Positions 12,989 through 25,468 are shown, counted from the first letter of the whole stretch. The stretch: DNA of 63,131 bases, filler included, from Reticulomyxa filosa (GCA_000512085.1; 17 parts of 17 records of this genome joined end to end with filler, not necessarily neighbours in it), one strand, 5' to 3'. The notes: a model not told the origin generated them from the sequence alone. Program-made: numbers and translations.

Positions 12989-14081
12989 TCAATGCACGTC
13001 GCCAAGTTCGATTTTTTTGACAGTGGATGTAATAAAGTATTTTATACAAAGTGAATGAATTTTGTGACAAAAACAATATTTTGGCTTGTATTGGTTTTCT
13101 TCATTTGCATAACCAAAAACAGATTTATAAGCTTTCAATCCAATTTTCAACGAACAGACAACGCAAAATGTGTCTATGACCGCAGTGATACCCCAGATAT
13201 TGTCAAGAAAAGTAAAGATTTTATCGTGAAGAGTATATCTAAATAACCATATCAAAAACCAAATTTCATTACTGATTAATGCAATGATCGCAACCACTGT
13301 CATGCGTGTGGCTGTATTTAAAATTTCATAGTCCTTGTCATCAAATATACCGATACAATTTATCACTTTTTTTATCTTGGGATAGTGAGGCTAACAGTTA
13401 TACGTAATTACGTGTCAATTCATTTTAAAAAAATTGTGTACATGAGAGAAAAAGAGCAAAGAAGAAAAGTGGTTCAAAACTTGAAGAAAGGTTTGTCGGT
13501 GACTTAATATTTCTTTGTTTCTCTTCGGTCACGGCTCTTGCAACCACAACTGCTAATAGCGCGTTTACAAAAAGGTATACTAATAATAGACCAACCAAAA
13601 CATCCATTATTAATAAAGAGATATTAAACGGGATATATACTCGGCTAAATTTATGATTAGAAGACTGAACAAGAAGGAATATGTCCACCAGATAGAAACA
13701 AAACAAACATCCAACGATTGAGTACGTAGCCGTATAAATTTTGAACGAGTACTTGAAAGCACTCATTTCGAATACACTCCGCAAGCGATCAATCCATATT
13801 GATGTGTACATGATACGTGAGAAGGCCCAAATTGTATTTTCAAGGGAAGCCTCGAAGCTAGGATCGTCTAAAGCGCACCAGGAAATTATCCAAAATAGAA
13901 AGTCCACTGTGGTAAGTATTGTGGAGATAAATAGACATGATATTATTAATACTTTGTACATTTCCAATGTCTTGGGCTCGGCAGAACAACAGAAATGACG
14001 CAATACAAAGATCAACATTGAACAAACAAATAACCAACATAAACCGGAAAAAATTGTTAATATTATATTGCCTGATGACAT
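12989..14081 (-). CDS. Multi-pass (about 7 TM) GPCR-like membrane protein, 2 exons
   Basis: Five hydrophobic helices in ORF 13425-14153 (ATG MSSGN at 14081, with a 'DRL' after TM3) and two more in 12989-13366. Confidence 0.7.
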
Positions 14082-14317
14082 TACCAATCTTTTACTCACA
14101 ATAAGTGGAAAGAGGGATGGTAATATTGTTTTTTTCTTAACGGGGCAGTACAAAACTCTTTTTGCTTAACTGTTGTCGCATCTTTTCATGGCGTGAAAAA
14201 TGGAGAATGATTGACAATATTCATTTTTGTGTCGATTTTATGTGAGAATGAGTAAATAATTCAAACAACAATATTTTTCAAAAAAAAAAAGAATATTTCA
14301 AAACTCTTTCGGTAATC

Positions 14318-15082
14318 ATGTTATCTTATTTGCTTCTCTCTTTTTGTTGGTTATTGGGAATGAGCGCAAAAGAGTTAAGTGCAAAAACCAAAATGAATAT
14401 TCAAATGTTACGCAGTTAATAATAAAATAATAGCCACGACCGTCCTCAGAGCGTGACTGAGCTGATAGTGAACGATGAGCCACTTGTCATCAGCCAAGCG
14501 TCGATCAATCAGAAATATACATTTCGAGTATTCGGTTGGCAGGCGTCCTCTGCATATCAAATCGTATTATCTTATCCTGGTTTTGTGTGTTGAGTTGTTC
14601 AATGTATTTATGTAAGTCTCATCAGTTCAAATGTCAGCATTATTCTTTCTTTTAAAAAAGACAAAAAAAAAATGTTACAAATTGTGCAAAATTAGTTGCC
14701 AGTAAAATTTGATGTGACAATCACTTACCCGAAAACGGCCGAAATTGGTGACGACAAGGGCCATCACAGGACACGGTTTCTGTTGGATACTGAGGTGAGA
14801 AATGTCAAAGTTCCGTCCGATGTGAACATTTTAAGCCATCAAATGCTCGTCCAAGTTGACATCCTTCCATTGAACGATGAGGTATTTTCTCAATTTGAAA
14901 AAAATCGGGCTAAATCCGGCTGGACCACTAACTTTGAATTTGCGTTGGAAATTCACACCTTATATATGGGAGTCATACCTGCCCATACTTTGCCTGTTGT
15001 CTTGGCCATCTTAGTTGTATTGCTTATTGTTTTGGGATGGATTGGTCCGTTATATTTCCAAACGAAAATTAAAAATGACTAG
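14318..15082 (+). CDS. Small type I membrane protein (signal peptide, C-terminal TM), weakly Pga1-like
   Basis: Spliced product MLSYLLLSFCWLLGMSAK-...YQIVLSYPGF-LPVKFDV...RFLLDTE...TM...KIKND. Three exons join in frame. The family call is tentative. Confidence 0.6.
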
Positions 15083-15587
15083 CTTCTAAACACAAGAGCA
15101 CTAATAACTTGTCCAAATCTAAAAATTTAAACACAAATAAACAATTTGTTGCTATATTTTTGTTTGTTCGAGTTCCAGTTTCATTGATGAAACAAATGCT
15201 TAGGGCTTTAATCGTTGTCATTTCGAACAATCTTTATTGTGACCAGGGAAATTTTAAAATCTTTCACTACTATTTCATCAAAAGAAATACACTAATTTTT
15301 AAACTAGCCCAAATCAAAAGAGTATTAGTTTTGATTTTTCATAATGTTGGAGAGATACTAGGAAATAACAATATTTTTTGAAGATATTTTTTACTTTTCG
15401 CCTATTCATTGATTATTTGTTTCTTCCAAATTTCGTTAGCACGAATCCGTTTAAAAAAAATGGTTTTAAATTACTATTGCTAAAACCGTGAGGATGAAAA
15501 AGAAAGGATATAGGAATGTGATGCATTTTTTATATGAAAAAGAAACAATGTGCGATACATTACTTTTAGAAAAAAGCAACAAATGAT

Positions 15588-17081
15588 TTAAACGCTAAGT
15601 TGCGCCCCTTCCTCTTTGGCCTGCACAGCGGTGTGTTGTTCACTATGACAATCATCACCAAACACGGCGTCAAACAAAGAGAGCGATGTTTGGTCAGTAT
15701 TTTGTTGAACGGAAGAAGAAGAATCGTCATGTTGAATACTCTGAGTCCACAAAGAATGAGAGGGATTCAGACAGTCTTGCGCTTGTTTAGTATTTTTTAA
15801 ATCTTTGGAATGTTGATCATTATCATTATCATTATCTTTGTCCTTTTCTTTTTCTTTGTCATGTTTTGTGGCATGTTTTTTAAGTTGCGCTTTGACAAGT
15901 TGTGGATGAGGATGTGAACTAAAATCGATCAAGTCGCTTTCAATCTGTCGATGATCGGAATCATCCCAAGAAAATTCTGAAACTGTGTTGAACATACATG
16001 TGTCAGGATTCAATCCTTGTTTGCGTTCGCGTTTTGTTTTCAATTCTTCAAACAACTTCCTTCCATTTTTTGGAATTTTTTCACTGTCAAACACTGCTCG
16101 AATGGAACTCGTCGTGGCATGATGTTGCGGCTGCGCCAAATTACCAGTGTTCAAAAACTCAGTCATCAACTGCACCCCATGTGCATATTTCATAGCGTTA
16201 TTGGTGTTTAAGACGTTTCCACCATTTCTTTGAGTCTTTAGTGCTTCGATTTTGGCCGCTCGCAAATTCGATTTAATTTGAAATGGATTAATACCCATCG
16301 CGATTAATTTGTCCTCTGCCTTCTTTCGCTGTATTTCATCCATGCGACGATTGTAAATCGAACTGCTTAATATCTGGTCGTTCACTATGTCCACATTTGT
16401 CGTCATCGGATTTCTCGACGGCCTTGCAAACTCGATTCTCTCATTTGTCTTTGTCTTTCCAATATCGCTTTGGCTCGTTCTGGACATTGTGGACGAGGAG
16501 TGATGGTAATAACTTGTTGTTTTTGTCTCTTTTCTTACATTTGTTGCGCTCGAATCGGTACTATTTCCTGCGAGATTGCGCATTCGACTTTCGCGTTCCA
16601 TACTTTTCCACCAATCTTTTTTGTATGTCGTTTGTTTATTTGCTTTGTTTAGTTTTTTTTTTTTGGTAAAAAAAAAAATTGTGAACCCCCTTTTTTTTCT
16701 CCCTCTTTCCCCTTCTGCGACAACGTTACCAGGTGGCTGCCAATTTGATGACATATTATCAACTGCTTTTGGTTTTGGACGAGAGCGAGAGCGAGAACGA
16801 GAACGTGATCTCGATTTCGAGTGTGAACGCGAACGTGAGATTGAATGGGACTTTGGCTTTTGAAACACTTTGTCATCCACACAGCGGTCGTCGTGCTGGT
16901 ACCATTTTGGGATGTGGGGCTGGTCGTTCCTGTTGGCGTGGCGCGTAGCTGAAGATCTCACACTTTTTCTTTTTGAGCGTGAACGGGAACGTGAGCGTGA
17001 TCTATCATTATGACGACTTTTATGTGCGCTTTCAGATCTTTCTCTACATTTCGAATGAGAGGGCAAACTTTTTGAACTCAT
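15588..17081 (-). CDS. RS-repeat, low-complexity protein (possibly nuclear or splicing-associated)
   Basis: 508-codon ORF with two RSRSRS tracts and KDKDNDND repeats. It probably contains a stop-free 114-nt intron at 16616-16729. Confidence 0.75.
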   Translation of the reverse strand: MSSKSLPSHSKCRERSESAHKSRHNDRSRSRSRSRSKRKSVRSSATRHANRNDQPHIPKWYQHDDRCVDDKVFQKPKSHSISRSRSHSKSRSRSRSRSRSRPKPKAVDNMSSNWQPPGNVVAEGERGRKKRGFTIFFFTKKKKLNKANKQTTYKKDWWKSMERESRMRNLAGNSTDSSATNVRKETKTTSYYHHSSSTMSRTSQSDIGKTKTNERIEFARPSRNPMTTNVDIVNDQILSSSIYNRRMDEIQRKKAEDKLIAMGINPFQIKSNLRAAKIEALKTQRNGGNVLNTNNAMKYAHGVQLMTEFLNTGNLAQPQHHATTSSIRAVFDSEKIPKNGRKLFEELKTKRERKQGLNPDTCMFNTVSEFSWDDSDHRQIESDLIDFSSHPHPQLVKAQLKKHATKHDKEKEKDKDNDNDNDQHSKDLKNTKQAQDCLNPSHSLWTQSIQHDDSSSSVQQNTDQTSLSLFDAVFGDDCHSEQHTAVQAKEEGAQLSV

Positions 17082-17459
17082 TTCGACTTCAACAAGAACC
17101 TTTTCATACAACACTTTTCTTTGTACAATTTGTAAATCTTTTCTTCAAGTTTTTATTTTAATTTAAATGAAGTTTACTTTTCTATTTAAAGCGAATCAGA
17201 TACAATTTTTATTTTATGACGAATCGTTTTTAATCGACAGTACGGCTGCTTTTCACATGATCGAAGTATCAAACTTGATTAATATAATTTATGACTTGAA
17301 GAAATTAATTTTACAATTTGTAAATACTTTTCTGATAGTAATCAATCATGTTCTTGTGTTCGCAAGTAAAAGAGTTCTTGTTATATTTTTCTTTAAGTCT
17401 TGTAGAAGACAAAAAGAAAAAAGGAAGTATGAAAAAGAAAACTTCGTCTGACAGGATTG

Positions 17460-19640
17460 ATGACCGGTCTACACTGCTATTTTTCACTATTTATCGCAAT
17501 GATGTCGACATCTGTGTTAGGTGTCAACATTTCCACTCCATACGCGACATGGATGGACGACATGCAGAAAAACAGAGCCCTTTACGGAGGTGATCTTTAT
17601 TCAAAAACTATATTTGATATTGTTTGGCCCGGTTCACATCATGCGGGCCAATACAACGTGACGACTACAGTTAAATGATATTTTTGTCTCTATTGGATCT
17701 TTCTAATTTGAAGTTGCAAAAAAAAAAAAAAAAAAGAGATCCGGAGATTGGCTAGGAGAAATATGGGCCAATACAACAGCCTTTCCAAAAAGTGTTCAAA
17801 GGAGATGGTCAACAAGACATGAAGGAGATATAGCCTACCAATTGAAGGGGGGTTCACGTTTTTTGGATTTGAGATTAGAGTACGTATCGAGTGAGAACCA
17901 ATATTACACTCATCAAGGTTTACTTGGTGCGGATATTACCTCAGTTTGCAATAAAAAAAACTGCTTTCTCTCTCTCCCTGCCCCTCCTTTCCTTAAAATT
18001 CCAAGGTTCAGAAAAACGGATAAAAACTCAAACAAACAAAAATAGATAATAGATCAAATCAAAGACTTTATTGAAGCCACTAAGACATCAGTTAAAAAAA
18101 AAAAAAAAAATACGCAAATTAAAATATTGTGCAATAAGGGACTAAAAAATAAAATAAAATAAAATAAATTGAAAGATGAAATCATATTGGTATCATTGAC
18201 GGATTATTTGATGCATGGTGAAGGAGATGGAAATGACTCAAAGCGTATAGCTGATTTATTTGAACGAATAGTGACTGCCTTGGGGAGGTACATGGTGACG
18301 ACGATTCTCTTTCCGGATTTGACCATAGTGACGTTGCAACAGCTCCGTGCATTAAACCTAAATGTGATATGTTTCAGCGACGCATTAAGTGACAACAGTA
18401 CGTATGATCAGTACTTTTTTAACGTGAACGACACTTTTATAGTGCACAATGAATTTGTATTCCAAAACTATACCACCACTCGCACGTCTGTGATTGATCA
18501 GCTGCGATTGGGTTGGGACGCTCGTCGTTTCCATCGGATTTTTTGGACAACTCCGATTGGTTCTATGTATTCTCTGAGTCAGCAGTTTGCCTCCTTCCGA
18601 CAATACAACAATCCAACCCTGCAAGATTTGTTTCCTGCCATACAAACCTATCCGTTTTGTTTTTGTCTTTGTCTGTGTATACGTACAAGTGTTGTATATT
18701 CATGAATGTGACACTTTTTTTTTTTTTTTTTTATTCATTTTAAAAATATGAAAGAAAACTCCGTTTTGCCAATGCATTTTTGACGGATTATATGGTTGGC
18801 TCCGGAGTTGTAGAACAAGCTCTATTGTTGAACTACAACTATTTTCATTGCCAAGACGACAGTCGTCGGTGGGGTACAAATACAACCGATTGTCCTTATC
18901 TTGCCTCTTTGGATAAAGAATATCGCAATGACAACATTGTTTAAATAATTTATATTTTTTTATTATTGTCATTATTTTTTTTTAACGTGTATTTAGCTCC
19001 TTTTTTGTTTTGTTTGTTTTTGAGGGACATATAGAGTTCGACGTGCGGAAGTTTGGAGCGGACACAATGCAAACGCTCTTGTGGACTGTGTCCATACGAA
19101 AAAGGAGCCCCTGGCTCTTCATGTGACGACGATAGCGATTGCCACAATCCTTATTTCGACGCGTATTTAGGCGTTGGGAAAAACGGTACGTGTTACGTAT
19201 CAACCTCTCGACAGCGATATTATATCCCGGAAAAATCATTTTGTATGTCGACCACAATGTATCCCACGTGTCAATCCGTGGAGCAGATGGGATGCAATGC
19301 ATTGGAAGAGGATTGGTATGGCAATGGCAGCAACGTCACATGTAATCCATGTACCAACAATTTTGACTGCGCTTCGTCATATTGCAGCAGCTTGCTGTAT
19401 GTATGTACCATACCCAACGAAATCACGTTTCGGACTCCAGCTCCGACCAATGCAAAGGATCGCTATTCGTTTGTTCCATCCACTTCGGCCAAAGTATTTC
19501 GCAATCAAATTGCTTGGATGCGTCCTGGAGAACCTGATGCTGAGTACTCCTTCGCGTTTTCAAATTTGTGCTCCTCTCAGTCGTCGTGCATGCAACTCAT
19601 TAATCAAAATGTTCTCAAATTATATATATATATATATATA
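17460..19640 (+). CDS. Secreted PI-PLC X-domain protein with ShKT-like and further Cys-rich modules; 3' partial
   Basis: Signal peptide, then WMDD...IVWPGSHHAG, QLKGGSRFLDLRL, YYTHQG, EIILVSL and NAFLTDY. These are followed by C-QDD...C...C...CKRSCGLC and CDDDSDC repeats. One junction (~18091-18175) does not phase cleanly. Confidence 0.82.
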
Positions 19641-19740
19641 NNNNNNNNNNNNNNNNNNNNNNNNNNNNNNNNNNNNNNNNNNNNTTAATTAATTAANNNN
19701 NNNNNNNNNNNNNNNNNNNNNNNNNNNNNNNNNNNNNNNN

Positions 19741-19771
<31 letters not shown>

Positions 19772-19777
19772 CAAAAA

Positions 19778-20173
19778 TTATTTTTTTGATTTGTTAGGAA
19801 CTTGTTGCACTTGGAGAAGAGAAATAACCCAGGTTTGCAGTTTTGAAACATCTTCGGTCATTCGGACCTTATCGATCAATTGTTTTGGCGAATATTTGTT
19901 GAGATTTATCAGGTCGTGCAAACTGATATCTGTCCTTCCTTGTCGATCGTCGATGACACTGATCTTATCGATCCCACTGTTTACAAAAGGAGAGTTCGCA
20001 CTTTCTTTCAAAATCATTGCGACGCTCCCTTGCTCATTGTTTTGCATCAAATCTTTCTCCTTGTCTTCCAAACCCCCTTGACGAGGAAGGGCCGGTATTT
20101 TTCCTGAAGGATAAAAAGTTGCGATTGGAGATGTTCTAGAAGATTTGTTGATGTTTGAATTAATTGCTGGCAT
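19778..20173 (-). CDS. Hypothetical protein, first exon only
   Basis: ATG-initiated 131-codon ORF with coding-like composition that runs into a T-tract intron and the contig end. Confidence 0.55.
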   Translation of the reverse strand: MPAINSNINKSSRTSPIATFYPSGKIPALPRQGGLEDKEKDLMQNNEQGSVAMILKESANSPFVNSGIDKISVIDDRQGRTDISLHDLINLNKYSPKQLIDKVRMTEDVSKLQTWVISLLQVQQVPNKSKK

Positions 20174-20391
20174 CGTTCATTATTAGCAAACGGAACTTAT
20201 TTTAGTTTTAGAAAAAAGGCTGCGCCCTTCAATGACCACGTTTATTTGTGTATAAAAATAAAAGTTGACTATTTCGTGCACTAGCACTTCTAACCAAAGA
20301 AAGAAAGTAATACAAATTGATCGACTTCATTATAAAAAAAAATTTGAAGGGACAGCATATCTCCTTTGGGAGAAAAAAAACTGTTGGGGTA

Positions 20392-21399
20392 ATGGCCACG
20401 GAATTAAGCTTACGTGCTTCCCTTTTAGGAGCAGATTTCTTGAATGACTCGTCATCACTAAATTTCAACGTGATAGCGGACCCACAGTATACATATGATC
20501 AAGCAAACGACGCGCAACGGTTTCGTAGAGAAAGTGTAGAAAAAGAGCGCCGCAAAGTCCGGAAAAGTTATACCGTGTACTTTCTTACACACACACACAA
20601 AAAGTTACCACGAAGTTGTTATATTATGTATATGTATGTATAGTAAATAATTATGTAAAAATAAATAAAATATGATTGAAGAACCAGAAGACGACACCCC
20701 ATCATTTTCAAGGAACCGAAAGGCGACAATCCTGCAGAATGAACAACCAAAGGACGAAACAGATGAATTAACAGAAACCAATATTCAACTAAGGAATGAA
20801 TTGGCAGAACAGCAAACACTACTAAAAGATTTGAAAAAACGAATCTTCGAGACATATAAACAAAGAAAATATATGAAGACAGAAGTATACCAAAATGAAG
20901 TGCTTGAGAAAATTCAACAAGGTTTGGACCGAGAGAAGCGACAATGGATCCAATTATTTCAGTTTGAAAAACAAAATCTCATAGGTCAAAAAAAAAAAAC
21001 CAACACACTTTTGCCTTCCTCTTTTCTTTCATTTGTTTTTATCCATATTCTTTCAACAGACATATTTGGTTGTTCATCCATTCCTTTTTTTTTTTTTTTT
21101 TTTAAACTTTGCAACATTATTGTAGACCATCGAAAAAGATTACGTTACAAACTCGATGGAAAGAGTAGCATCCCAATTACTAAAGATGAGACCAAAACCA
21201 ATTCTGATAAAAAGAACACCTCAAAAACAAAGAAATATCGACCTGAGTTGAGTTTTGCAACGGAAGCGCGGGTTTTATCCAAATGTGGTTCAATTTTCAT
21301 TTTTTTTGAGATGTTTTTTTTCATCACCTCTTTTTATTTTCTTGGACAAAGGGGAGGATATAAAACAAACTTAACCCAAAAAGTTCGGACTTCATTTAA
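20392..21399 (+). CDS. Hypothetical coiled-coil protein, multi-exon, 3' partial
   Basis: MATELSLRASLLG..., followed by the coiled-coil exon NIQLRNELAEQQTLLKDLKKR. Interrupted by intron-like TA/T tracts. Confidence 0.6.
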
Positions 21400-22371
21400 N
21401 NNNNNNNNNNNNNNNNNNNNNNNNNNNNNNNNNNNNNNNNNNNTTAATTAATTAANNNNNNNNNNNNNNNNNNNNNNNNNNNNNNNNNNNNNNNNNNNNT
21501 TAATAATTTTTTCCGATTTATGGCATGTTGCATTATATTGCTGGAAAATCCAATTATCTTTATTTTTTAAGCAGCAATTGACGCTCTTTAGCATTTCATC
21601 AGATAAAATTATATATCAGTATTTACTACATCTTCCACATTGCAAGTTTAACCTGTTCATAATGATCCAAAACATGACTATACTAAAATGCTTCAACAAT
21701 CTTCTTATTATGGAATTTTCGTCTAATAATCGAATATTAATCGAAGTAGTTGTTATGATCAAATTAAATTTTTTTTAAAAAAGAAACTTTAAACATATAC
21801 TTAAAAAAAATTATGTAAAAAAATTAGTGATGTCTTCTTAAAACTGTGAAAAAATTTAACAAATTAAATCTATAAAAAAAAGATATTGATTTATCCTTTT
21901 TAGAAAGGATGTTGACTGAAACGTTGCAATTAGCATAATGCGCTATTGTTTAAAAAATTAAAGTTAAATTAGTAAAAAAAACCAAAAGGTGATTTTTGTT
22001 GCTGGTTGAAAGCAACAGAAGTTCCAGACACAATATACAAACTCATTAGCTTTTATTTTTTCTAATGTGTTCATGATGCAATTGAAGATATTGTCAATCA
22101 TAATTAAGCGTGTTTTTACAAATTGTAAGAACAGTTCTTGCTTGTTTTGAAAAAAAGCTAATAAAGCTGAGGAATGCCAATTTTAATAATTGGATTGTTC
22201 AAAGATAACTTTAAGAAGACAAACCATCAGAAAAAAAAAGATTTGTTGTGTATTTATTTTGAGTTGTGGACACTAACTTTGAACCACTTCTCAATTGTAT
22301 TGCTCCAAAAAAGTCACTTTTTGATGAAACATCAAGATTGAGCATTTGTTGTTCCAAGTGTGTGTGCATAT

Positions 22372-25300
22372 TTATTTGGCTCTCGAATTAGTACCCAAAG
22401 GAATGAAACAATCGCGTTTGCGTTCCAGTAAAGAGATAATTTGTGGAAAATTAGGTCTCTGTTGAGGATCTTCTGCCCAGCAACGTTGCATTAAATTGAT
22501 AAGCATTTCGGAGTCTGGACATCCTCTCAAATCAACATCTTTTACTGTCGGACGTTTTCCCAACAAAACAAACTGTTGGATATCCAAATACGACTGCTCC
22601 TTGTAGATTTCACGGCGTGTCAATATTTCCCACATCACACAGCTGTGATTTTTTTTTGAATCAGAGCGTGTTTAAAAAATGGAATGACAGGTAAAAAAAA
22701 CAAAGACAAGCGTAACGCAAAAGAGTAAACATCAACGGAAAAGCCATAAACAGATTTCCGAACGGAATGGGCTTGTCGACTGCCCTGTTTAAATTCGATA
22801 TTTTTGAGGATTTCAGGGGGTAAAAACTGGACGGAGCCAACGATGGTGGACATGGAAGCAGTTACTTCGTGCAGCAATGCACTGGTAAGGCTGACATCTT
22901 TGTCAATGTAATCCACTTTGGACGGTATCAAATTCTTACTCGATTGTCCTGACTCCAAAACGAGTTCGTCTCGAATTTGCTCAAATTCGTCCGGACAGCC
23001 CATTCCATCGATACTGCCTTGCCACGATTCAGTGCCAATCGTCGATTTTTTTTTCGCCGCCAAGCCGAACTTTACTTTCAAACGCTCGAGGAACTCCGGT
23101 TTTCTCTTCAACACACAACAGAGAATCAAAGAAGATTTGAAAAATGGAGTATAAAAAGTTGGAGGATAGAAAGGAATTGGTAACGTATATACATATATAA
23201 TCATTAAACAAAACTGATTGCGACTTGGAGCTGGCAGGTGACGTTATAAGTCTACTGTCACGAAATTTTGAAGCGGCCTCATCGGTGTTGGCAATGGCGC
23301 TTTTGCTGTCGATTTCTTTGTAATCACTGACTTCACTGTCATCAGGAATGGAAGCAAGAGGTGGTCTCCCTCCAATGGGGAGTGGGTGTTGTTCCACGAC
23401 TATATCAATATCCTCCTCCTCCACCTCCTCTTCATCTGCGTCGCCATTGTTGTCTTGCGGGGACATTCCGAGCAGGCCCTGGCTTGTCTTTTTCTTATAT
23501 TGTTGCAAGTTGACTGCCCGCGAGGAGCCAAAGTCACAAATTTTAACAACAAAGCGTTCGTTGTAAGGGTCTTCATCCACCAGCAAGTTTAGTGTTTTCA
23601 AGTCACGATGAACCAGCCCATTGCGATGCAAGTGCCGCATGCCATTTGCAATATCTTTTTTTTCCAAAGTCACACAAAAGTCGCTTTATGCAAAAGGTGC
23701 ATATGTATAAAGAGAACAAATTTGTTTTGAAAAGTGCAAGTGGCCCCCTTTTTTAAACAAACAAACAAACCCAGTAAAAAGTGAAAGCGTTGTTTCCATG
23801 GCAATGGTCTTGAGCTTGTGAGTACATGTCGCAAAGAGCCATGTTTGCACCACTCCATGACGATTTTAATGGAGGGTGGCTCGATGCAAATGCCGATGAG
23901 TTTGACAATATTAGGATGCTGGAAGTTGCTGCTGATGAGTGCCTCTTTGCACCACAAGGCGACCACGTTTTTGGTAAAGTTTTCAAAGCGCCATTGCTTC
24001 ACGGCCACCTTTTCGTTTTTGTACATGGCTTGAGTTACCTGTCCACTCCCGCCCATCATCCGACGCTTGTCTTCGATCGGCACCAGTTTCGCCGATTTCA
24101 AGATTTTCGTATGCTGGCTCAACAACTCCGTCCATACCGTCATCGACGGACGCTCGTGTCCCATCACCTTATTCGAAAATGTGTGGTACACGCTGCCGCG
24201 ATTGGCTGTCGTCATCACTTCCGACAGCGTGCTTCGTGGATCCGATCCCATTTGCACCCACAACAAACAATCAAAAAATTGAGAATGTTGCACAAGGGGA
24301 GAGAAAATTCTTTTTTTTTAAACATGTACATATATGTTATGTGTGTATCATGTGGTTGGCCAACCTCCAATGCTTTGAATCTTTTTTCAAAGCGTATATG
24401 ACAAGCCATGGTGCTATCATACTCGAGACAATATCCGCCAAATCCATAAAACAAAATCCGGCAAACTTTTTTTTTTTGTTGTTGTTGTTTATTATTGTCG
24501 TCTCTCTCCCTCCCTTTCTCTCTCATTTCGTCTTTCCTTGACGCCTGATTACTAAAGTTCGTCGAAAAGAAAAGAATATATGCATGTGTAAATGTGTGTC
24601 CGGCTTGACAGTGCAACTTCTTTGTATCGTAGAAAATCAGCGGTAAAGCGCAACAAACACTCGAAGAAAAACAACAGAATGAAGCTCCACAATTCGATGG
24701 TGTGATGGGGGTATCTTTGCGCACACATAAACACAAGAGCAAACAAACCAATCAAACATTGCACTGCGTACACTGCCACAAAATTTAAAAACGCGTGAAG
24801 GTATGGATCCTTTATAGCTTTTTTTTTATCAAACAAACAAAAGGAAAAAGAAGGTAAATCGAGATAATAAAAAGAGGAATACAGGATATGTCTCACTGCA
24901 TGTAGTATATGGGTCAGAATAAATGGATGTATACACACACATATATATACATAATGTGTATACATAGGACAATACCAAAAGTAATCGTGGTTGCATTTGC
25001 AATCCAAATTAAAGTAGAAACCCAAAATGCTCTGCGAATAGTCAATGTGCCATGACTATTACTCGTCAAAAAAAAAATTAATAAGTCAAATAGCCAAAAT
25101 TCGCTTGTCCAAAAACTTGCCGCATGGAATATTGCAAATGTTGTCGGCATGCCCTGCTGAAATTGCTCCACGTACACAATGTATGCAATGGCAATATCAA
25201 TCGCTTTCACTCCGTACACAGCTACGCAAAAGTATAAAAATATTGAATAAATTGGTAATAGATAATCCTTCATTGTCCGGATTTCCCCTTTTTGCAATAA

Positions 25301-25468
25301 CTGACGCTGATGACGGATTTTGTAGAGCATATAGCATAACACAAATAATGTGAATGCCAGCAGAGAACTATAAAATACTAAACCACTTTCTGGGCTTCTT
25401 GGAAAGAAGTATGGCACGTCATACAGTTGAGAGCAAACCGGTATATTTTCATAAGTCACATTGGTCAT
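22372..25468 (-). CDS. 7TM-domain tyrosine-kinase-like (TKL) kinase fusion
   Basis: N-terminal TM exons end in PWLVIYALKKDSKHWR. Kinase motifs: GGSGQV, VAVK, HPNIVKLIGIC, MEWCKHGSL, HRDLKTLNLLV, KICDFG, GSVQFLPPE, DVYSFA, WEILTR and CWAEDPQQRPNF. Confidence 0.9.

Noticed and set aside
4237-19640. Possible functional gene cluster (WIPI, FABP, PLC, GT60, 7TM)
   Set aside because: Mixed orientations and unrelated functions; no evidence of co-regulation beyond a loose lipid/membrane theme.
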